A stretch of DNA of 64,000 nt from Candidatus Pyrohabitans jungbluthii (GCA_002010065.2 MTMD02000002.1:32001-96000); one strand, 5' to 3'; shown: positions 9,595 through 20,036, counted from the first letter of the stretch. Made by a program: numbers and translations. Notes: generated by a model from the sequence alone, not told the origin.

Positions 9595-10532
9595 TACCCT
9601 AACCCCAGGCTCTTCTTCAGCACCCCCACGTTAATCTCACCGGCGGTTGCAAGCTTTTTCTCCTCAATGTTGTTGACAATCACCTTCGCAGGGGCGAATA
9701 TCGCAGGGTTTATCTTGTAGAAGTCGTAGTTCGCCTCCTTGAAAATCTCCTCGAAGGTTTTGCCGTACGCCGGCGAGCCGCTGGAGGGGAGCTTCTCGGC
9801 GGGTATGCCTTCGCCCGCGAGGTAGACTTCGCCGCCGTAGATTATCATGTCGTTGGTGACGCCCATCATCTTGGCGTCGCCTCCAACAATAGGCGCCACT
9901 GGTGCAGTGCCGAATGCCGAGTATATCTTTGTGGTGTCGCACCCAATGTGCTGGGCTTTGTAGAGCGCTGTCTCAACAACGCGAGCGGAGATCTGCACCG
10001 CCCCTGCCAGCGAGGCAGTGCGCGCTATGAGTATATAGAGGTTCTCGGTTTCAATTCCACACTGCGAGGCGATGCTGCGCACGACCTCTTCGTCAGGATA
10101 CTTTCCCGCCTCCAGCGCGATGAGCGCCTCCTCGCTTTCCTCGGAGTACCCAAGCTCCTCATAGGTCTCCTTTGGCTTCTTCGCCAGTATCCTCGCGGGT
10201 CCAGAGCCCAGAGAGAAGAATCCCTCGCCCTTTATGCTCCACCCCGCCTTTTGCGAGGCTAAACACGCTATAGCCGGTTTTCGCGCTGTAACCTCGACGA
10301 CAGGCAAGGTAAGAGAACCGTAATCACGTGCGCTTAGCCTAACTTCTCCCAGACCGCCCATGCACGCCTCCGCAAAGAGCACTCCCGCAGCAAAGCTGCC
10401 CTTCGCCTTAACTCCGCAGTCTATCAGCGTAGCGCCGCCAACCTCGGCAACGCTTATCTCCAGCTCCTCCTGGCGACGAACCATCTCTCGCGCAATCTCA
10501 CAAGCCTCGCGGTTGAGATTCATAGCACTCAC
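9594..10532 (-). CDS. mch: Methenyltetrahydromethanopterin cyclohydrolase
   Basis: ACLASQKAGW, GSGPAR, TASLAGAVQISARVVET, MGVTNDMIIYGG, FYKINPAIFAPA. Confidence 0.95.
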   Translation of the reverse strand: MSAMNLNREACEIAREMVRRQEELEISVAEVGGATLIDCGVKAKGSFAAGVLFAEACMGGLGEVRLSARDYGSLTLPVVEVTARKPAIACLASQKAGWSIKGEGFFSLGSGPARILAKKPKETYEELGYSEESEEALIALEAGKYPDEEVVRSIASQCGIETENLYILIARTASLAGAVQISARVVETALYKAQHIGCDTTKIYSAFGTAPVAPIVGGDAKMMGVTNDMIIYGGEVYLAGEGIPAEKLPSSGSPAYGKTFEEIFKEANYDFYKINPAIFAPAKVIVNNIEEKKLATAGEINVGVLKKSLGLG

Positions 10533-10578
10533 CTTTCATAAAAAATCCGGCACCGGGTATATAAATTTTGGCTGGACG

Positions 10579-12057
10579 CTAGCACATCATGAGGAAAAGC
10601 CAGAGGGGTGTGAAAACAATCTCATCCCTGTAGTCCAGCGCATCCTTTGTTATAACGATGCCCAAGCATTTGTCGTGCTCCCTCTGGAACTGCCTTATAC
10701 CTTTAAGTTCACTTTTGCGTATTTCATTTCTGTACTTGCACTCTATGGCCACGGGTCTTCTGGATACCTCAAAAACTATATCGACCTCTTTACCCTGCGC
10801 CGTCCTCCAATAAAATAGCTCCAGCCTGCTTCCCGGCTCTAAGTTGAATTTGAGCCTTCTGCAGTGGTCATGAACAATAGTTTCGACGATCTTGCCGAGT
10901 TCAGCTGCATCTTCGAGAAGCGTCTCACGCAACTCACCAACAATGGCGTTTCTTAGTCCCACATTGCTAAGGTAAAGCTTCTTCGCTTTTCTAATCCTGG
11001 ATGCCCTGCTTTTAGAATAAAACTCAGCCCTGCTCGAAAGGAACACCGATTCTAAATAATTCAGGTACTTTATCAGAGTGTCTTTTTTTAGTCCCAATGT
11101 CCCGGATAAACTCGAATAATCAACCCGTTGAGAGGACTGGTCGGCTATCAAAATAACAAGCTCTTCCAGCGCTCTGGGGTCGCGCAGATTGAAAATCCTG
11201 ATAATGTCTTTGTATATTGTAAGGTTTAGGTAAGTTCTGAGCTTTTCAGCACACTCATCTAGTGACTCAATCTCTAAAAGTCCGGGATAACCGTCTTTGA
11301 GAAGATACGTCTGTAGATGAATTTTAATTTCATCCTCATATGGTACAAGGCTTGAGTAGGACTCTCTCAGCGCACTATAAAACAGGCTGGGATTAGATTT
11401 TTTAATAGAATCAACAAAAGCGTCTCTAAGAGTCCTATTGACCATCTTAAAAATAGAGTCCTTCTTGGGCATGTGATACCTCAGGAAATCCAGAAACTTC
11501 AGAGGAAACATAATTTGAATGGTTATTCTGCCCGCTAGGGATTCAGAACTTCCCTGTAGAATGTTTGCGCTTGAGGAGTCTGAGATTATGAACTTTATTG
11601 GGTACTTCAGGTCATACCAACCCTTGAGGACATGGCTCCAGTTTTCAAGCTTGCAAACCTCGTCGAGGAATACATATATCCTGTCACCAAGCTTGGAAAT
11701 GGGTTCTTTAAGAACCTGGGTGGAGTATATCTCAAGGATATCGTTCAGCGGGGTATCCATAATAGTGGTGAGATACGGGTAGTCAAAGGAGACATAAAGA
11801 ATACGCTTTGGATTCACTTTTTTCTCACGTATAAGGTGTTCAATCAGCTGGTATATCATGGTTGTTTTTCCAACCTGTCTCGGTCCAATTATGGCGGTTA
11901 TCTCCCCTTCACCCAACCTTTTATCTCTGATGACGTAAAAATCACGCCTTTTAAATGGTTTTGTTAGGTTCTTAGGCACGCTGGCAGTCTCCCACCAGGG
12001 GTTCTGACGGTGAAGCAACTTTATAACTTTTTGTTCAATGTCTCTTTGCATGACCAT
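10579..12057 (-). CDS. AAA_14 ATPase with DUF4143 C-terminal nuclease-like domain
   Basis: NPWW, GPRQVGKTT, FLDEV, ESLAGR, EVDIV..AIECKY; lower GC than flanks; start uncertain (12051/12057/12090). Confidence 0.9.
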   Translation of the reverse strand: MVMQRDIEQKVIKLLHRQNPWWETASVPKNLTKPFKRRDFYVIRDKRLGEGEITAIIGPRQVGKTTMIYQLIEHLIREKKVNPKRILYVSFDYPYLTTIMDTPLNDILEIYSTQVLKEPISKLGDRIYVFLDEVCKLENWSHVLKGWYDLKYPIKFIISDSSSANILQGSSESLAGRITIQIMFPLKFLDFLRYHMPKKDSIFKMVNRTLRDAFVDSIKKSNPSLFYSALRESYSSLVPYEDEIKIHLQTYLLKDGYPGLLEIESLDECAEKLRTYLNLTIYKDIIRIFNLRDPRALEELVILIADQSSQRVDYSSLSGTLGLKKDTLIKYLNYLESVFLSSRAEFYSKSRASRIRKAKKLYLSNVGLRNAIVGELRETLLEDAAELGKIVETIVHDHCRRLKFNLEPGSRLELFYWRTAQGKEVDIVFEVSRRPVAIECKYRNEIRKSELKGIRQFQREHDKCLGIVITKDALDYRDEIVFTPLWLFLMMC

Positions 12058-12121
12058 TATATGGGGTGTGTTGGTATATAAATTTAACAAATATAATGGT
12101 CATGTTAGAGGTATTTACAGC

Positions 12122-12313
12122 TTAGCGGTCACCAGAAGCCACCGCGTTAAGCTCTTCCAGCAGCTTCTCCAGGTCGAGCTTCCTCAGCTTCGCCTGCTTC
12201 TCGATGGTGGAGAGGGCGTCGCACTCGCATATACCGTAGCGGTTGAGGAGCTCTGCGGCGCGGGGATAGTGCTTGTAAACCTCATAAACGCGCGTCTTTG
12301 CCGTAATCTTCAT
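12122..12313 (-). CDS. DUF1858/ScdA-N-like small protein
   Basis: VYEVYKHYPRAAELLNRYGIC..C...TIE...LDLEKLLEELN pattern. Confidence 0.75.
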   Translation of the reverse strand: MKITAKTRVYEVYKHYPRAAELLNRYGICECDALSTIEKQAKLRKLDLEKLLEELNAVASGDR

Positions 12314-13041
12314 CAGTACTTCCTCCCGAAGGCCAGGTATCCGGTGTGCCCCAGCATCCTCGTTTTCGGGCGAGTCCCGACTTTCTTAACCTCAATCTCC
12401 CGCTCCAGAATCTCTATAACCCGCTTGTCCTTGAAGTTCGCCTCCTGCATCGCAAGGTAAGCCTTGCGTATCTGCTCTATGTAGGGGTTGTACACCGCAA
12501 TAAAGCCCCCGTGGCGCAGCGCTTCGTAGGCGTGGGGAATCGCCAGCCAGGGATCTGGCATGTCGAAAACTACAACGTCAACCTCGCGCTCCTCTATACC
12601 CTGACGCACGTCAGCGAGCTTCGCCTCAATCCTATCCTCTACGCCAGCCTTGGCGAAGTTTTTCCTGGCAATCTCCAGGTGGTCCTCACGTATCTCGTAG
12701 GTGTACACCTTGCCCTCGCTGCCCACGATGTGGGCGAGGTAGATTGCAAGCGCTCCTGTACCTGTGCCCGCCTCGACGACGCGCGAGCCAGAGCCTATGC
12801 CGGTGTATGCGATTATCGGCCCTATCTCCTTCTTGAGGATTATGCTCCCAGCGCGGGGGAGCTTGTCATAGTAGTCCACTACAGTGGGCTCCAGCAGGTA
12901 GAACTCATGTCCCAGGTGGGAGCGCAGCTTGTCTCCAGGCTTGGCATCGCTGAGCTTCACCACCCCTAGGCTCGTGTGAAACTCCTCCACATCCTCTCGC
13001 AAAAGGTACTTCTTACCCCGCTTGTCTATTAGCAGCTTCAC
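12313..13041 (-). CDS. trmI: tRNA (adenine57/58-N1)-methyltransferase TrmI
   Basis: VEAGTGTGAL, YEIREDH, DMPDPW, YNPYIEQ, RPKTRMLGHTGYL. Confidence 0.95.
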   Translation of the reverse strand: MKLLIDKRGKKYLLREDVEEFHTSLGVVKLSDAKPGDKLRSHLGHEFYLLEPTVVDYYDKLPRAGSIILKKEIGPIIAYTGIGSGSRVVEAGTGTGALAIYLAHIVGSEGKVYTYEIREDHLEIARKNFAKAGVEDRIEAKLADVRQGIEEREVDVVVFDMPDPWLAIPHAYEALRHGGFIAVYNPYIEQIRKAYLAMQEANFKDKRVIEILEREIEVKKVGTRPKTRMLGHTGYLAFGRKY

Positions 13042-13304
13042 CTAAAACCTCCTCTGTAGAACAGGAAGTAAACAACTAAGATAAGCACAATGGTTAGGAG
13101 GAGCACAGTCTTAACGCTCTGGGCATCGCTCCCGAAAACTATGGGGAAGGGGCCGATAAGCACCACGCCACCGCCGCGGACCTCTGCCTTGCCTTCGCCG
13201 CCCCTGATAACGCCGCTCAGCATGCCCGTGAATATCAGAATCATACCTATGAATACCAGAAGGATGCCCATGCCTATCAGCTCTTCCCTCATGCTACCCA
13301 CCAA
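13038..13304 (-). CDS. DUF131 / TIGR00304 membrane protein
   Basis: GGGVVLIGPFPIVFGSD signature. Confidence 0.9.
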   Translation of the reverse strand: MVGSMREELIGMGILLVFIGMILIFTGMLSGVIRGGEGKAEVRGGGVVLIGPFPIVFGSDAQSVKTVLLLTIVLILVVYFLFYRGGFR

Positions 13305-13366
13305 AGCTTTTTATACAACTGCGTATTTAATGACTATGATTTCTTTCTTATTTCCGGAGGTCTAAC

Positions 13367-14230
13367 ATGTCAAAGCTTGATGAATTTCTTGCCATGGATA
13401 TAAGGAAGTTCATGGTATTGCCCATTGGCATGCTCCTCGCGGGCTTGGTAATCGTCATAACGGGCTACACCTCGGGTACGCTTCCCATGAGCATTGACTT
13501 CAAGGGCGGGACGCTGCTCATCGCCCCTGCACAGGGAGATGTTGAGAACATTGCAGAGGAGCTGGCGGCAGAGCTCGGGTATGAGGTCAAAACCCGGGTG
13601 GTAAGCGACGCCTTCGGTAACAAAGAGCTGGAGATATTCATAAACCATGCGCTGAGCAGCGAGGAAGTTAAGAGGGCAAGGGAGGTGCTCTCACACTATG
13701 GGATAGGCGAGGAGAGCATAGCCAGCGACATAATCTCACCTTCGCTGGGAGAAACATTCTTCAGGCAGGCTATCTACGCGCTGCTCTTCGCCTTCGCCTT
13801 CATGGCGGTCACCATCTTCTTAAGGTTCAGGACATTTGTGCCTAGCATAGCGGTGGTTCTCTCAGCCTTTTCAGACATCGTGGTAACCCTGGCGATGATG
13901 TCCCTCTTGGGAATTGAGCTATCCAAGGGCTCGCTACTTGCCCTCCTCCTTCTGGTGGGCTACTCTGTGGATACGGACATACTGCTCACCACCCGCGTTC
14001 TCGTGCACAGAGAGGGCGACTTGGTAGCGAGGATTAAGCGCGCTATGGAGACAGGCTTGACCATGAGCATAACCACCTTCACAGCCATGCTTGTACTTTT
14101 CTTAGTTTCCTCATCCAAAGTGCTGGACGACGTTGCGATGGTGATAATGATAGGCATGCTCGTTGACATAATCAACACATGGATTCAGAATGTGGGAATA
14201 CTTCGCTGGTATGTGGAGCGGAGAGCATGA
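13367..14230 (+). CDS. secF: Protein translocase subunit SecF
   Basis: IDFKGGT, GYSVDTDILLTTR, followed by secD. Confidence 0.95.
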   Translation: MSKLDEFLAMDIRKFMVLPIGMLLAGLVIVITGYTSGTLPMSIDFKGGTLLIAPAQGDVENIAEELAAELGYEVKTRVVSDAFGNKELEIFINHALSSEEVKRAREVLSHYGIGEESIASDIISPSLGETFFRQAIYALLFAFAFMAVTIFLRFRTFVPSIAVVLSAFSDIVVTLAMMSLLGIELSKGSLLALLLLVGYSVDTDILLTTRVLVHREGDLVARIKRAMETGLTMSITTFTAMLVLFLVSSSKVLDDVAMVIMIGMLVDIINTWIQNVGILRWYVERRA

Positions 14231-15534
14231 GCTTCGAGGAGATATTCAGGATTCGTAGGGTGCAGGTTCTTCTAGCCCTTGTGATTCTCTCACTGCTTTC
14301 CATGTTCGCCCATGACCCCCCTCTATCCTTAGGCTGGGACCTGAGCGGTGGCAGCGAGCTCAAGGTGAAGACTGAGCAACCCTTACCCTATGTAACGCCT
14401 GACGGCACCACCGTGACCATGGAGCTCATCGTGGAGATAATGACAAAACGAATGAACGGGCTGGGCATAAAGGACTTCTCAATCTCACCCTGGGGCAACC
14501 AGTATCTAATTATCGACTTCGCGGGCATAGACCCGGAGCAAGCGAGGGAGCTTGTTGAAAGGCAGGGTAAGCTGGTGGTGAAGGTGGGCAACTACACCGC
14601 CTTCACGGGCAGTGAGCTCGTGCGAATTGCGCCGTACACGAAAAGCCTGAGCACAGGAAAGTGGGAGGTGCCCTTTACCATAAGCGAAGATGCAGCGCAG
14701 CGCTTCCGTGAGGTCGCCATTAAGGCGCTTGAAGACGCTGGTATAGACCCGGCGAGTGTTACCAACTTCGAAGCTCTTGCCAACGACCCGCGCGTCCCCT
14801 GGGTAGAGATGTACCTCGACGACATGCTGGTGAACAGCGCGCCCATAGGTGGTAGCCTCTGGCAGGAGTTCATCGTCGCTGGCAAGGCACCCCGCGATCT
14901 GGTACTTGAAACCGGCTCTGACCCAGAGGCTGAGGCTCAGGCGAAGAGCGTTGAGGTGGTGCTCCGCTCAGGCGCGCTGCCCATAAAGCTTGAGGTCGTC
15001 TCAGTCTCAAATGTGCCCCCAGAGCTTGGCTTGCAGTTTGCCAAAAATGCTATGGTCGCGGGCATATTCGCGGTTATCACCGTCGCCCTGGTGATATTCC
15101 TGCGCTACCGCGAAGTTGGGATAGTGCTGCCCATAATCGCAACGGGTATATCTGAGGTGATAATAATCCTAGGCATCGCCTCCCTGATACGCTGGGACCT
15201 CGACCTTCCCGCAATCGCTGGAATAATCGCCGCCGTAGGTACTGGCGTTGACGACCAGATTGTTATAACCGACGAGGTGCTGCTCCAGCGCACATACTCC
15301 ATGCGTTCCCGCATAAAGCGAGCTTTCTTCATAATCTTCTCAGCGTGGTTCACCACCGTCGCTGCCATGGTGCCGCTGTTCATGATAGGCATGGCGGCAC
15401 TGAAGGGCTTCGCTCTAACCACGATAATGGGCGTAACCATTGGAGTCTTCATCACCCGCCCTGCGTATGCAAGAATTGTGGAGCACCTCTTTGGAAAAAC
15501 TAGAAGAGTCAGGAAGAGGAAAGACAAGAGGTAG
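14227..15534 (+). CDS. secD: Protein translocase subunit SecD
   Basis: LGWDLSGG, LRSGALP, GTGVDDQIVITDE, GFALTT; ATG 14227 overlaps secF stop. Confidence 0.95.
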   Translation: MSFEEIFRIRRVQVLLALVILSLLSMFAHDPPLSLGWDLSGGSELKVKTEQPLPYVTPDGTTVTMELIVEIMTKRMNGLGIKDFSISPWGNQYLIIDFAGIDPEQARELVERQGKLVVKVGNYTAFTGSELVRIAPYTKSLSTGKWEVPFTISEDAAQRFREVAIKALEDAGIDPASVTNFEALANDPRVPWVEMYLDDMLVNSAPIGGSLWQEFIVAGKAPRDLVLETGSDPEAEAQAKSVEVVLRSGALPIKLEVVSVSNVPPELGLQFAKNAMVAGIFAVITVALVIFLRYREVGIVLPIIATGISEVIIILGIASLIRWDLDLPAIAGIIAAVGTGVDDQIVITDEVLLQRTYSMRSRIKRAFFIIFSAWFTTVAAMVPLFMIGMAALKGFALTTIMGVTIGVFITRPAYARIVEHLFGKTRRVRKRKDKR

Positions 15535-15537
15535 AGC

Positions 15538-16194
15538 ATGTACATCATAATAGTTGGCGCTTCCAAGATCGGCTTGGCCCTTGCTAGGCTCCTCATAGAG
15601 GAGAAGAGCAATGTGGTTATGGTGGAGAAGGACGAGGCGAAGGCAAAGGAGATAGCCGAGGAGATAGACGCTCTGGTGATAAACGGGAGCGGAACTGAGA
15701 TAGATGTGCTCAGGGAGGCGGGGGCTGAGAAGGCGGACGTTATTGTCAGCGCCACAAGTGATGATGCTGTAAATTTAATGGTGTGCGAACTTGCCAGGAT
15801 GCTCGGCATTCAGCGCAGAATCACCCTCTCCCAGAACCCTAAACATGAGGAGATTTTTAAAGAAGTTGGAGTGGAGCAGATAATCTACCCCAGCAGGACT
15901 ATAGCCAAGTACATCCGGAATTTGATACTCCGTCCAGGGGTTAAGAGCGTGCTTACCACCATGCAAGACGCGGACATAATCGAGATTACAATACCCGAGG
16001 ATGCGCTGGTGGTGGGCAAGGAGATTCGCGAGATAGGAATGCCCGAAGGCTCGACGATAGCCGCTATCCATCGAAACGGTGAGCTTATTATACCTCGAGG
16101 AAGCACTGTACTCAAGGCAGGGGACAGGCTCACAATCCTCGCGAAGGTGGGCGTGGTTGAGAAGGTGGCAAACCTTATTAAAGAGAGGGCTTAG
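15538..16194 (+). CDS. trkA: TrkA-family potassium uptake regulatory subunit (RCK-N + RCK-C)
   Basis: IIVGASKIG, ATSDDAVNL, IIPRGSTVLKAGD. Confidence 0.92.
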   Translation: MYIIIVGASKIGLALARLLIEEKSNVVMVEKDEAKAKEIAEEIDALVINGSGTEIDVLREAGAEKADVIVSATSDDAVNLMVCELARMLGIQRRITLSQNPKHEEIFKEVGVEQIIYPSRTIAKYIRNLILRPGVKSVLTTMQDADIIEITIPEDALVVGKEIREIGMPEGSTIAAIHRNGELIIPRGSTVLKAGDRLTILAKVGVVEKVANLIKERA

Positions 16195-16195
16195 C

Positions 16196-17566
16196 TCAGC
16201 TTTTTCTCAGGGCTGTTAAGAGGGTTAGCACTGGGATAATCTCCAGCCTGCCTATCCACATGTGGAATATCATCACCACCTTTTCAATGGGGGTGTACTG
16301 GGTAAGCACCACCAAGCCATTGTTGCCCTGCGCAGAGGATATCATGAAGAGCGCGTCCATGAGGTCATGCCCCAAGAGTATGAAAATAAAGGTGCCCAGG
16401 GTGAGGAAGAAGAGGTAGAGCAGGGCAAAGAGCAGGGTGGAGAACACCTCCTCCTCACTGAAAACCTTGTCCTGGATTTTGAATGGTATCACCTGCCTTC
16501 GCGGGGAGGTTATCTTGCGAATAAACCACTCTATCGCCTTGAGAATTATGACGAACCTTATCACCTTCATCCCGCCCGCGGTTGAGCCGTAGCCACCGCC
16601 GATGTTCAGAAGGAGAAGCAGGTAGTACTTGGAAAGCTCGCTAAGCGAGGAGACATCTATGCTTGCGAAGCCCGTGGTTGTGAGGGCGGAGATTGTGGTG
16701 AACGCCGCATCCACCGCCGGCACGCCGTCGAGGTAGAGAAGGAGGGAGAACACCACAACGATGGCGAGTATCGCCCGAACCTCGATGTTTGAGAAGAACT
16801 TCCTGAAGTCGCCCTCCATCCAGCGCTGGTGTAATGCGAAGCTTATGCCTCCGAGGAGCATGAAGAGCATCGTAACCAGCTTCACCTGGGGAGAGATTCC
16901 CATATAACTGTCATCGTTGGGCGAGAAACCACCTGAGGATAAAGCGGTTAGCGCGTGGTTTACTGCCTCGAAAACGCTGGCGCCGCTGAGGTAGAGTGCC
17001 AGTATAGCGGCGAGGGTTAAGTAGGAGTATATGTAGAATATCTTGCGCGCAGTCCTCGCCATGCTGGGCTCAAGGCGCTCACTCCTCGCCTCTGCCACGT
17101 AGAGCTTCGCCGCCACGTTGGTGGGAGCAAAGATGGCGAGGAAGAGCACCACTATGCCCACGCCCCCAATCCACTCTGTCAAGCTTCGCCAGAAGAGCAC
17201 GCTTTTGGGAAGCTGGCTTGGCGTAAAGACTGAGATGCCCGTCGTGGTGAAGCCGGCCATTGCCTCGAAGTAGGCGTCGAGGAGCTCTGCCTTTGAGGCG
17301 AGCACGTAGGGCGTGCCCCCTATGAGAGCGATTAAAAGCCAGCCCAGGGCGGAGATGATAAAAGCTAAACGGAGGTCAAGCTCTTTTTTTGGCGCAAGCT
17401 TCTGGAGTAGAAAACCTGCGAACATGCTGGCAATCGCCGGCAGAAGAAAAGCTGGAGCAACGCTGTACTCCCTGAGCAATAAACTTGCGAGGCTGGGCAG
17501 GAGGAGCAGCAGACCCATGCTGAGCGTTATAGTGCCCAGATAGTGAAGCACAGTCATCATGGCCAA
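16196..17566 (-). CDS. trkH: TrkH-family potassium uptake membrane protein
   Basis: FEAMAGFTTTG, WIGGVG, SSGGF, GSTAGGMK, MWIGRLE. Confidence 0.95.
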   Translation of the reverse strand: MAMMTVLHYLGTITLSMGLLLLLPSLASLLLREYSVAPAFLLPAIASMFAGFLLQKLAPKKELDLRLAFIISALGWLLIALIGGTPYVLASKAELLDAYFEAMAGFTTTGISVFTPSQLPKSVLFWRSLTEWIGGVGIVVLFLAIFAPTNVAAKLYVAEARSERLEPSMARTARKIFYIYSYLTLAAILALYLSGASVFEAVNHALTALSSGGFSPNDDSYMGISPQVKLVTMLFMLLGGISFALHQRWMEGDFRKFFSNIEVRAILAIVVVFSLLLYLDGVPAVDAAFTTISALTTTGFASIDVSSLSELSKYYLLLLLNIGGGYGSTAGGMKVIRFVIILKAIEWFIRKITSPRRQVIPFKIQDKVFSEEEVFSTLLFALLYLFFLTLGTFIFILLGHDLMDALFMISSAQGNNGLVVLTQYTPIEKVVMIFHMWIGRLEIIPVLTLLTALRKS

Positions 17567-17649
17567 ACCCTCTTCTCATGCCGGGAAAAGAACACCAATA
17601 TAACCTTTTCTGTAATATTAAACCTCTGGCTGTTTCACAGTGCTAAAAT

Positions 17650-18318
17650 TCACCTTATGTGCTTTAAATACTCCTCCAGCATCTTGGGGAAGCTCGCCCC
17701 CTCGACAAAGCGCAGCCCAAGGCGCTCAGCCCACTTCTTAATCCCCTCGTCGCTCGCCACGACGCCTGCATCCATCTCCTTGGCGAGGAGTAGCACGTCC
17801 AGATCAGGGGCGCTATCCAGTGTGCCATAGCGCAACGCGTTGCGATACTTGGCACGGAAGTCCTTAATAATGTAGCCTGTGGATTCGCGTTTTATTGTCT
17901 CGCGATCTACGTTTTTTAGAGTTAAATTGATCGCCTCGCTGGCGCTCAGCCAGATGCTGCTCTCTGCGATCTTCATCCCTCGACTCATGCGCTCCCGCAT
18001 GTCCTTCACGTACTCGTAGAATACCTCCGCGGGGATCTTCACCTCAAAGCGGTTTGGTGTCTTCTTCACCAGCCACGTGTCTACCTCCACGAAAAGCTCC
18101 TCGTCGCACTCGTAGCGCTTCATGAACTGGATTAGCTCGTCGTAAACTGTAGGAAAAGGAATGTGACAGGAGATGTTGAGCTTAATCCTAGCTTCAGCTA
18201 TTAGTGTGAGCATACGCTTTATCGCCTCGCACAGCTTCTCCCCAGTTTCGCGCAGCTCAACGCTGGTTAGCGCGGTGGTGTCCAGAACAAAGCGCTGCTT
18301 TTCCTGCAGTTTTGTCAT
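17650..18318 (-). CDS. RNA-free RNase P (HARP, PIN-like; RNA ligase partner family)
   Basis: RFVLDTT, VKKTPNRFEVKIPA, LRYGTLDSAPDLDVLLLAKE, DEGIKKWAERLGLR. Confidence 0.93.
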   Translation of the reverse strand: MTKLQEKQRFVLDTTALTSVELRETGEKLCEAIKRMLTLIAEARIKLNISCHIPFPTVYDELIQFMKRYECDEELFVEVDTWLVKKTPNRFEVKIPAEVFYEYVKDMRERMSRGMKIAESSIWLSASEAINLTLKNVDRETIKRESTGYIIKDFRAKYRNALRYGTLDSAPDLDVLLLAKEMDAGVVASDEGIKKWAERLGLRFVEGASFPKMLEEYLKHIR

Positions 18319-18357
18319 GAATATTTATTGCCGGGAGCGCATAAAAAGGCTTTCGGG

Positions 18358-19383
18358 CTATTCCACAACCACATCGTAAACCGCGTGCCAGCGCTTAGGT
18401 GCGTAGGATTTAATTATCCTGCGGTGCGCTATCTTCGCTTTATACCCGAGCTCTGCGATGCGCTTAACCAGCGCCTCACCTTCTTCATCCAGCGCCTCCT
18501 TCGCCACTAGGGTGTGGTAGTGGATTACCCCCTCTCCCCCTTTCAGTGCGGCTAAGGCTTTTGGCAGATACCTCTCGGGTGAGAAGAAGTAGCCCATTAG
18601 TACGCGGTTGGCGAAGTTCTCAGGTGCGATCTCAAGGCAGTCGCCAAGCCTTGCCTCCATAATCCCCTCAAGCCGGTTAAGCGCTATGTTCTCCCTCAGA
18701 AATTCGTAGGTCTCAGGGCGCTTCTCTATCGCAAGCACCTTTCGCGGCGATGCATGCTTCGCCAGGGGTATGCTGAGCTGCCCCACGCCTGCGAACATGT
18801 CCAGCACAACCTCACCCTTAGCCGGAAGCTGCGCCATGCGCTTGCGTTCCTCCATGTTACCCGCTGAAAACATCACCCTGCAGGGGTCAAGCTTGAACAC
18901 ACACCCGTGCTCGCGGTGCAGCGTTGTTGTGTTAGCATCTCCTGCAATAACCTCTGCCTCGGGATAGCGCAGCTCCTCGCTTATGCCGCGTCTGGCGACA
19001 ACGCTCCTGGCGCGAGGGTGAAAGCTGAGGAGGAACTCCCCAATCTCATGGCGCAGGGGATAAAGCTCAGCCGGGATGTTTATAATGAGAACATCCCCTA
19101 TAAGCTCCCAGCCTCCGCGCAGCAGCTCTGCCTTGCTGCCTATGCGCCTGCGAAGCTCCCGCTTGAGCTGGGCAAAGCTCATAGGCGGAGAAGCAAATTG
19201 CGGCGAAGTCTGCTCTACCAGCGTAAAGGGCACGGGTAGCGAGGGCGGCGCCTCAACCACAGGAAGCTCAACCCTATCCCCCTTGGCTAGAATACGGCGC
19301 CTTTTGTCCAGAAGTCCCTCGCGCAGAAGGTGGCGCCTCACGCGTTCTGCATGCCTGCGCTCAACGACGACGGCGAGATTCAT
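18358..19383 (-). CDS. Trm5/Taw2-family tRNA wyosine biosynthesis SAM-dependent transferase (Taw2-like)
   Basis: HREHG..FKLD..VMFSAGNMEERKRM, DMFAGVG, RVLMGY, KSYAP; Trm5-like N-terminal domain. Confidence 0.85.
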   Translation of the reverse strand: MNLAVVVERRHAERVRRHLLREGLLDKRRRILAKGDRVELPVVEAPPSLPVPFTLVEQTSPQFASPPMSFAQLKRELRRRIGSKAELLRGGWELIGDVLIINIPAELYPLRHEIGEFLLSFHPRARSVVARRGISEELRYPEAEVIAGDANTTTLHREHGCVFKLDPCRVMFSAGNMEERKRMAQLPAKGEVVLDMFAGVGQLSIPLAKHASPRKVLAIEKRPETYEFLRENIALNRLEGIMEARLGDCLEIAPENFANRVLMGYFFSPERYLPKALAALKGGEGVIHYHTLVAKEALDEEGEALVKRIAELGYKAKIAHRRIIKSYAPKRWHAVYDVVVE

Positions 19384-19565
19384 GGCTTTATAAAGCCCAG
19401 CACCGCACGGATATCCTTAACCTCCACAGGACCAAGAGCCTTGAACAGCCCAGGCTTTGCGCCTTTGCCCAGCTTTAAAATAACCCTGCCCTCGTGCACC
19501 ACCTCTATGGCGTAGCCCTTCTCCTCCAGCCTCTTCGCAAGCGCGAGCAGCTTTTCCAGACTCAT
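19380..19565 (-). CDS. Small hypothetical protein
   Basis: 61-aa ORF, overlaps next gene by 4 nt. Confidence 0.7.
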   Translation of the reverse strand: MSLEKLLALAKRLEEKGYAIEVVHEGRVILKLGKGAKPGLFKALGPVEVKDIRAVLGFIKP

Positions 19566-19691
19566 CTACACGAACTCCTGAAGGAGGCGCTTCAACGCCT
19601 GAGGGTTGTGGATAACCACCTCAAAACTCTTCTCAGCCTTAGGCTTGAGCTCAAGTATCCTCTCCTCTCCCATAAGCACGTTTATGCTCAT
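19566..19691 (-). CDS. 41-aa hypothetical microprotein
   Basis: Manual translation MSINVLMGEERILELKPKAEKSFEVVIHNPQALKRLLQEFV; GAGGG before ATG; stop abuts next ATG. Confidence 0.65.
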   Translation of the reverse strand: MSINVLMGEERILELKPKAEKSFEVVIHNPQALKRLLQEFV

Positions 19692-19734
19692 CCCTCTACG
19701 CACAAGAAAATCGAGAAGGGAGGTAAAATCCATC

Positions 19735-20007
19735 CTACTTCTCCAGCACTATCTCTATTGAGGACAGCCTCACCGTCTTGCCGTCCTCTGTGGTCACCTC
19801 CTCGGTGCCGATCTTAATATCCTTCACCTTCGCCTCTGGTATAAAGCGGTTCCTGACGATCTCTGCCACGTCCACTGCGCGGGAGATTGCCCTTCCCCTC
19901 GCCTTTATCACCACTTCCTTGGCGTTTCTCGTAAACTGGGTGCTAACTGCAAGCACGTAATTCATCGCTGGCTTATTTCCCACGTAGACCACGTTGTCCT
20001 CCGTCAT
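19735..20007 (-). CDS. albA: DNA/RNA-binding protein Alba
   Basis: [30 protein letters not shown]. Confidence 0.98.
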   Translation of the reverse strand: MTEDNVVYVGNKPAMNYVLAVSTQFTRNAKEVVIKARGRAISRAVDVAEIVRNRFIPEAKVKDIKIGTEEVTTEDGKTVRLSSIEIVLEK

Positions 20008-20036
20008 TTCTGAGACCTCCTTCTGATTTTTATTGA

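Noticed and set aside
17650-18318. Protein-only RNase P (HARP) as a novelty
   Set aside because: Known family, widespread in archaea
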